This document shows positions 57,927 through 64,000 of a DNA stretch of 64,000 bases, one piece after another. Origin of the DNA: Octopus vulgaris (lineage: Eukaryota). The notes under the pieces are model-generated. The model was not told the DNA's origin, ran no database searches, and saw only the letters and a list, made by a program, of their open reading frames with translations. Position numbers and translations under genes: made by a program. Location of the stretch: assembly GCA_951406725.2 (NCBI GenBank), contig OX597815.1:154194001-154258000 (forward strand), read 5' to 3'. How positions within the stretch are numbered: position 1 is the first letter of the stretch; each line of letters begins with the position of its first letter.

Positions 57927-57976
57927 TTTGTCAAAATATTTTCGTCGCTAAAATCCGCGACCTGTTCACTGACAAA
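57927..57976 (-). ncRNA. Variant hammerhead ribozyme with a G3-C8 core swap
   Basis: TTTGTCA-GTGAACA-G-GTCGC(GGATTTTA)GCGAC-GAA-AATATT-T-TGACAAA: perfect 7-bp stem I, 5-bp stem II, palindromic stem III. Confidence 0.65.
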
Positions 57977-57993
57977 GTCCGTGCGTTTTCATA

Positions 57994-58044
<51 letters not shown>

Positions 58045-58094
58045 TATATATATATATGTGTATATATATATGTATATATATATATATATATGTT

Positions 58095-58151
<57 letters not shown>

Positions 58152-58158
58152 CTATGTG

Positions 58159-58190
<32 letters not shown>

Positions 58191-58789
58191 TGTATAGGTG
58201 TCTATATACATACATACTCCTTGCAGATTCTGACCTCTTCTCGTTCCTATTTTTGCTCTTTTCTAGCGTGAGATCGTAAATAACTGAGCCCTGATCATAT
58301 ATAATGCAAACAATGTCTTATTTCAGGCATTGTCTCTGTTTTCCGCTTCTCTATTATGAATGTTCAATTGTTGATTCACTCCTCCATGTGGCATATACGT
58401 GTGTTGACTGATATTGCATTGAAACTTGACATCCAGAATGAAATTCATCCTTTTTTGCTTAGAGAACATTTAAAGAAAGAATGAGGAATACTCGGAACGC
58501 TATTGATATTAATCTCATTTTTACGAAATCTTCATTTCCTTTCAGTGTGATTAACTGTTAAGCTCAAAATCTTTAAACCCACTCCCAATCATTACTCATC
58601 AGCTTACCTATCTACCACAAATGTTTGAAAATTTTTATAACAAAATTTAAGGCATTTCAAATTTGATTTGAAAGAGTCTCTCTATTTTTTCTTTGGCTCA
58701 CTATCTTTTCTATCTCTCATGAAATACCTGTCTATGAAAAATCCTCTAATTGGTTTTCATAGGAAACTGGAAGGAGTTTCTGAATGATT

Positions 58790-59160
58790 GTTTCATTTTA
58801 TAGCATATATTGGCACATTGAAACAATTCCAAAATCTTATAAACAACATAATTCCTCACATTCAATTCACCATGAAATTCAGCAACGATAATGACCCCTA
58901 CTTCGACATTGTGATAACAAGAGATTCACTGCTGAAAACATACATAGAGTTTGAACCCACCGACTCACGACAATGTATCTTCTTCACATCATGTCACTTA
59001 AAATTCACACGAAACAACATCCGGTTCAGTCTAGTAAAACGAATGATTATATGAAACCTTTAAACAAGAGACCGCACATTAAAAAAAATGAATGAAAAAG
59101 ACTTATAACAATTAAAAAACCCATAAAATGACTGAATCTATAATTCATAAAGCCAAACAA
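58790..59160 (+). mobile_element. Penelope-like RT C-terminal remnant
   Basis: INNIIPHIQFTMK..PYFDIVI..LKTYI..EPTD..FTSCH..TRNNI.FSL resembles PLE RT6-7 and thumb motifs. Confidence 0.75.
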
Positions 59161-59648
59161 ATTAGCAATTAATAACGATACATCACGACCGTTTGTACAG
59201 CATCTCACCTGCATAATACTGGTGCATGATGGATTGAAGTGATGGTATGAATAAAGAGTCTCCCGAAAAATATATTAACAAAATGAAATGCCTGCCAAAA
59301 GGAAAACGATTAAAAAGGGGAATGGAATTAAGTTGAATAATTATCTATAAAATATGTACATACAACTATAATTAAAAGAATAGCACTTCTTTACTATGAC
59401 GTGACTAAATAATCCATTTTAAACAAACGGCCAACGAACTTGTTATTTGCGAACAAATCAAATTCTACTTAATTATAGAATAAATAAATGAATATATATG
59501 TGCTGTAGATATACACTGACAAGCCATAAACATTATCTATGGCAAAACCCCGCCTATTGCAGAGAAATTAAAAGAAACTATACAGCTTAATTCTAAGATG
59601 CCAATCACTGCAAAACTGATATCTGTCAACTGGTGGAAGTCAATCCTA

Positions 59649-59878
59649 TTTCATTACTACCCACAAGGGGTTAAACACAGATGACAAACAAAGACAGACA
59701 AACGGATTAAGTCAATTACATCGACCCCAGTGCGTAACTGGTACTTAATTTATCGACCCCGAAAGGATGAAAGGCAAAGTCGACCTCGACGGAATTTGAA
59801 CTCAGAACGTAACGGCAGACGAAATACGGCTACGCATTTCGCCCGGATTGCTAACGTTTCTGCCAGCTCGCCGCCTTT
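59649..59878 (-). mobile_element. Complete SINE C with a 13-bp TSD
   Basis: GGCGGCGAGCTGGCAGAA head; TSD GAAGTCAATCCTA at 59636-59648 and 59879-59891. Confidence 0.9.
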
Positions 59879-60149
59879 GAAGTCAATCCTAACTGCCCAA
59901 CGGAAGTGATATTGCACAATTTAGTAAATGACAATGGCCGAGCGGAAGTAACAATAGTGATTGATAACTAAACCCCAAAACTTCAAAACAGTGAAACTAA
60001 TACTCCTTATGATTCCAGACTCAATGGTAAATTAATCAACTCTTTACTACTCTAATCTTGTTTTCCATGTGCGCCTTTAACATATTAATCCTATCAATAA
60101 ACATTCCGACTATGTTTATAATTCTGACATATCTAACGACTTGACTGGA

Positions 60150-60995
60150 ACAAACCTTATAACCCATCCAAAGAGGAATTCTTTTATCCGCATAAGGCAA
60201 TGATGCAATGCGGAAATTAAAACTAGCAGTCTAATTATAAATTCTTGTCTCGATCTTACCACCTACACCAAATATTATCACATCCAAACACTTAACCTCT
60301 TTTACTGAGTTATCATTTTTATTTCCCCCGTGATCCATTGGGTACATTTATCCTATTAAATGTTCCAAATACACATATTTAGGTATAAAACCATCATCGA
60401 TATATCTTCAGCATATACTGAGTTGTATAACCGAACTGATAACTTTCTTTCAGTACAGATCATTTTAGAAGTTGAACTCACATGAAGATAAATACAAATC
60501 CGCTAATATAGGGCTACTATTACCATCCAACGAAATTCCCTTAAGCTGCCTAAAAACTTCCCCAACAAATGTAATGCATGCATTATTAACAATAAAGCTA
60601 ACCATCTCCATTATCCTATTTTTACTAAAACATATAAGACACTTGTATCTACACATAGACAAAAGAACCTCCCCATTTCTAATAGGAATATACCTATAGC
60701 CTTTATTAACTACAATTTCAATTATACTAAATATATCTTCTACGCTTTCCAAATCAAGATTAGTATATAGCGTAGAAAGATCATGTACACGCAGCGTCCT
60801 AATTACTCTCTGTAATTTGTTTAAAAATTCTTTATGGGACCTTTTACTCCCATAAAAAGGCTTATTTCAGAATTACTAAAGATTCTTTCACAATATCCCA
60901 TAAAATAGGACCTAACCACTGTCAAAACGTCATTAATCGATAAAGGTAGGTTTCGGTAGTACATTTCTTAGCATCTGCAATAAACCTAATTTTAC
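60150..60995 (-). mobile_element. Penelope-like RT core remnant (possibly Naiad-type)
   Basis: RFIADAKKCTT, HDLSTLYTNL, VFRQLKGISLDGNSSPILADLYLSSCE, RYIDD and LDVII..ETRIY motifs. Confidence 0.75.
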
Positions 60996-61024
60996 ATGAT
61001 ATATATATATAAATATAAATATAA

Positions 61025-61076
<52 letters not shown>

Positions 61077-62472
61077 AACAACATTTATGCGATATACCCC
61101 TTTCAAATTACTATATATAAATATTAAATATATTTTCTAATTCAGAAAAATGTTATGGCAATTTTAAGGAAGTTATATAACTGAAATGCTCTATAATTCT
61201 ATAGGATTTCCACAATTCCATTAAAGCTTTTCAGGCTCAATATAGAAATAATAGGCCTTTATTGATTGTACACCTAAACTAATGTACTGAGTCCCAGAGC
61301 AACACAGATCAACCTTCATAAATATCTGTTAAACTATTATGAGATCGATTGGTTTTAACTTATGAAAGTAAATGATTTGATGTATGTGTTTTATTTTCGT
61401 TGTTCTGAGCGCAGATCCCGCTGCAGTGGATACACAGTACTACAAATATAAATCTCTTAATCCAATAAATTGCTCTCTTTCTCTAGGAATAAGTTTTTGT
61501 AAGGAATTTGATTCTAAATTATATTTTGCAAGCTTCCGGGGTCGATAAAATAAGTAGCGATGAAGTCCTTGGTAACGATATGATCAGCTATTTATCTTCT
61601 CACTAAGTCTATATTCTTATACCTCTGTTAGAAATCAATAATTAATAGTCAAGTTGAAGGAGATATAGACATCGAGGCGCATCGATGTGCTTCGCGATTC
61701 TCACGTGAGTGAATTACAAATTCTCAGTTCAATATCTACATGATTAAAATAATTCGATTCTAGTTTCGCTCCCATTAAGCTAGCTAAATATCTTTTCCTC
61801 AAAAAAGTTGCTGATATATACATAAAAGATTAATATCAATATTGATAGATCTGTAGTTTGAGGGTAAATATTTGATTACTTGATCTTCGTCATGATTTCG
61901 ACACCCGATAATTGCCATTTAACTTCACATACATCATTAACACTATTAAGAAATGTATTCATATTATCAAGACTTGTTTCCTCTTGCCTTGTAAATGTAA
62001 TGCTTTGAAATCATATAATAAGCATTGTTTTCTTTATTGTGTCATAAATCAATATCAATTCCAGATGTAGAATGTTGGTAATAATATGAATTTAATAGAA
62101 GGAAAATCACACAATAAAGCGAAATTGACGTTTTTATGTGCTGTCATAAATTTAAAACTCAATATACATAGCAGCAGCCAAATTCAATCTTAAGATATTG
62201 AACAATGATTACATCATTTGACTGCATCCTTCCAATTAGTTTCAAATTGAATCACACATCCTATCTGGTGCTACTGTCATAATTGCAAACACTACAATTA
62301 CGTTATTCACTATTAATGGAATAACTCATTGGTCTCATCTATGCCTGATGTCAATTGATCACAGAAAAGAATAGAAAACTCCGCACGATTTTCAATAACA
62401 ATATTTCCATCGTTTCATCTAAATAGGTACTAAGATGTAGATGACCGATGTCGTGTAGTTTTACGGGGCTGA

Positions 62473-62792
62473 TCAAATATATTTTCGTCTATTCATTATA
62501 CGTTGCAAGCAAGACGTGTTGCAACAATAATCACAAAAGAATAAACCAAGAACACATATAATTAGTTTGATATAATTATAAACTATTTTAAGAATAATAT
62601 CCTTTAAGTAATTTGGTTTTCTGATTATCATATGAGGAGAGACAGGTCTTATGATATTGTTAGGCACCTTAGTTAAGTGAGTTCCACGTGTTTTATTTTC
62701 AACTTGAGCATCTGTGGAACGATCTATGCAGGAAATACGTATGTGAGGAGAAAATGCAATGGATTGTATTCTTAGAAAGAAGACTTGGGAAT
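62473..62792 (-). CDS. Candidate terminal exon (phase 1, ~105 codons) with a hydrophobic C-terminal segment, unknown product
   Basis: tttactttctctcgtgtttag acceptor; long open frame in AT-rich unique DNA ending IILKIVYNYIKLIICVLGLFFCDYCC...RRKYI*. Confidence 0.4.
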
Positions 62793-63864
62793 CTAAACAC
62801 GAGAGAAAGTAAATGTGACAAGGGAAGAAACTCATTGTTGAAAGATATACTCTATTACCTAGTTTAGAGCCTCAGTCCCATATTAACAGCGATATCTAAC
62901 CCTATTACCCTTTGAGTTAACGCATATACTCGTATTACAAACTTTATACAAATCCAACAGTTTTATAATGCTATTGTATCACTAAGTATTATGGTGTATG
63001 ACTGCCCAACTTATTACATCATCGACCATAAATCACCCTAAAAATCGTCGTCTAATTATTTAAATTCTGCTACCAATCTTAATTAATATAAAGAACATTT
63101 ACACAAATATTTTCTCGACTTAAGCACGAGGAGATTCCATTTGAAAATTTTCAATGGAAGCAAGTCCATCACAATGTGCAAATACATTAATTTTTTTATA
63201 ATCCGTAACAAGCTGCAGTCGAGAATTCGAAGCAAATGAAATCCATTGTTCTATAAAAAATAAAATGAATAATTAACTTTACTGAGTGATCTTTCAAGTT
63301 AATGTTCGACTGTTTTTGAGTTTGACGACGTGAGTTAGCTTGTACACTGCTATTATATGAATGACTGGACTAGTTCTCAGGTGGTTGTTTTTAAATACGA
63401 GAGTGTATATGTGCGTATCGGCGTGTGTGTGTGTGTGTGTGTGTGTGCATGTGCTTGTGTCTGAGTGTCTATGTGTATGCAATCACACATACATTTATAC
63501 ACATACCAGCGTGCTAGCGCGTTTCTGAATGTTAGTTTATACATTCAACGTTTACCATGTAGCAAGAAGCTAATTATTTAAACAACTTTGGTACCATAGA
63601 ATTACCAGTTAATTACTATGATCAAAATTTGTTAACTTAAACCGTTCCACTAATGTACGAATGTGACATATTCGTTTTGTTGTCACTCGTTATTCCTGTC
63701 AACACACTGCTGAACTCTGCTTGAACAAACCTATTTATTTTATAATGAAAATTATTCTAGCTGAAGACATTTCGTCTCTTCTTGCAGGCAGTGTACAGTA
63801 AGCAATATTAGACCACATGATCGAATATGCACTTCTTTCTCCTTTTCCTGTTTTATTATTATCT

Positions 63865-63990
63865 CCTCCTCTTCTTCTTCTTCTTCTTCTTCTTCTTCTT
63901 CTTCTTCTTCTTCTTCTTCTTCTTCTTTTTCTTCTTCTTCTTCTTCTGCTTCTCCCCCCTCCTCCTCCCCCTTCTTCTTCTTTTTCTTTT
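63865..63990. repeat. (TCT)n/(TCC)n polypyrimidine microsatellite
   Basis: Directly visible. Confidence 0.95.
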
Positions 63991-64000
63991 TCTTATTTTC

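Overview
AT-rich, microsatellite-saturated eukaryotic DNA. The tRNA-derived SINE families and the (TA)n/(CA)n/(TAGA)n density suggest an octopus or other cephalopod genome (inference). No host gene can be named. The window is dominated by transposable elements: two ~1.3 kb mariner (DD34D) copies, one nearly intact; an internally deleted Chapaev3-like transposon; a hAT MITE; Helitron/Helentron-type non-autonomous elements; fragments of Tx1/L1-, CR1-, RTE- and R4/Dong-like LINEs; Penelope-like element (PLE) remnants (RT and GIY-YIG); and at least four SINE families. Most ORF-track hits are microsatellite artefacts. Reading the sequence shows about seven minimal type-I hammerhead ribozyme (HHR) motifs plus degenerate ones, in PLE-type pseudo-LTR fragments. 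One has a compensatory G3-C8 core swap, and two sit at the centre of DNA palindromes. Other observations are a SINE tail shared with a CR1-like 3' UTR, a 5S fragment abutting a tRNA-SINE head, SINE multimers joined at the same internal site, a 1656-bp tandem duplication, a patchwork inverted/direct duplication next to a mariner end, and several minus-strand exon candidates of unknown identity. All family assignments are by eye from motifs; no database search was run.
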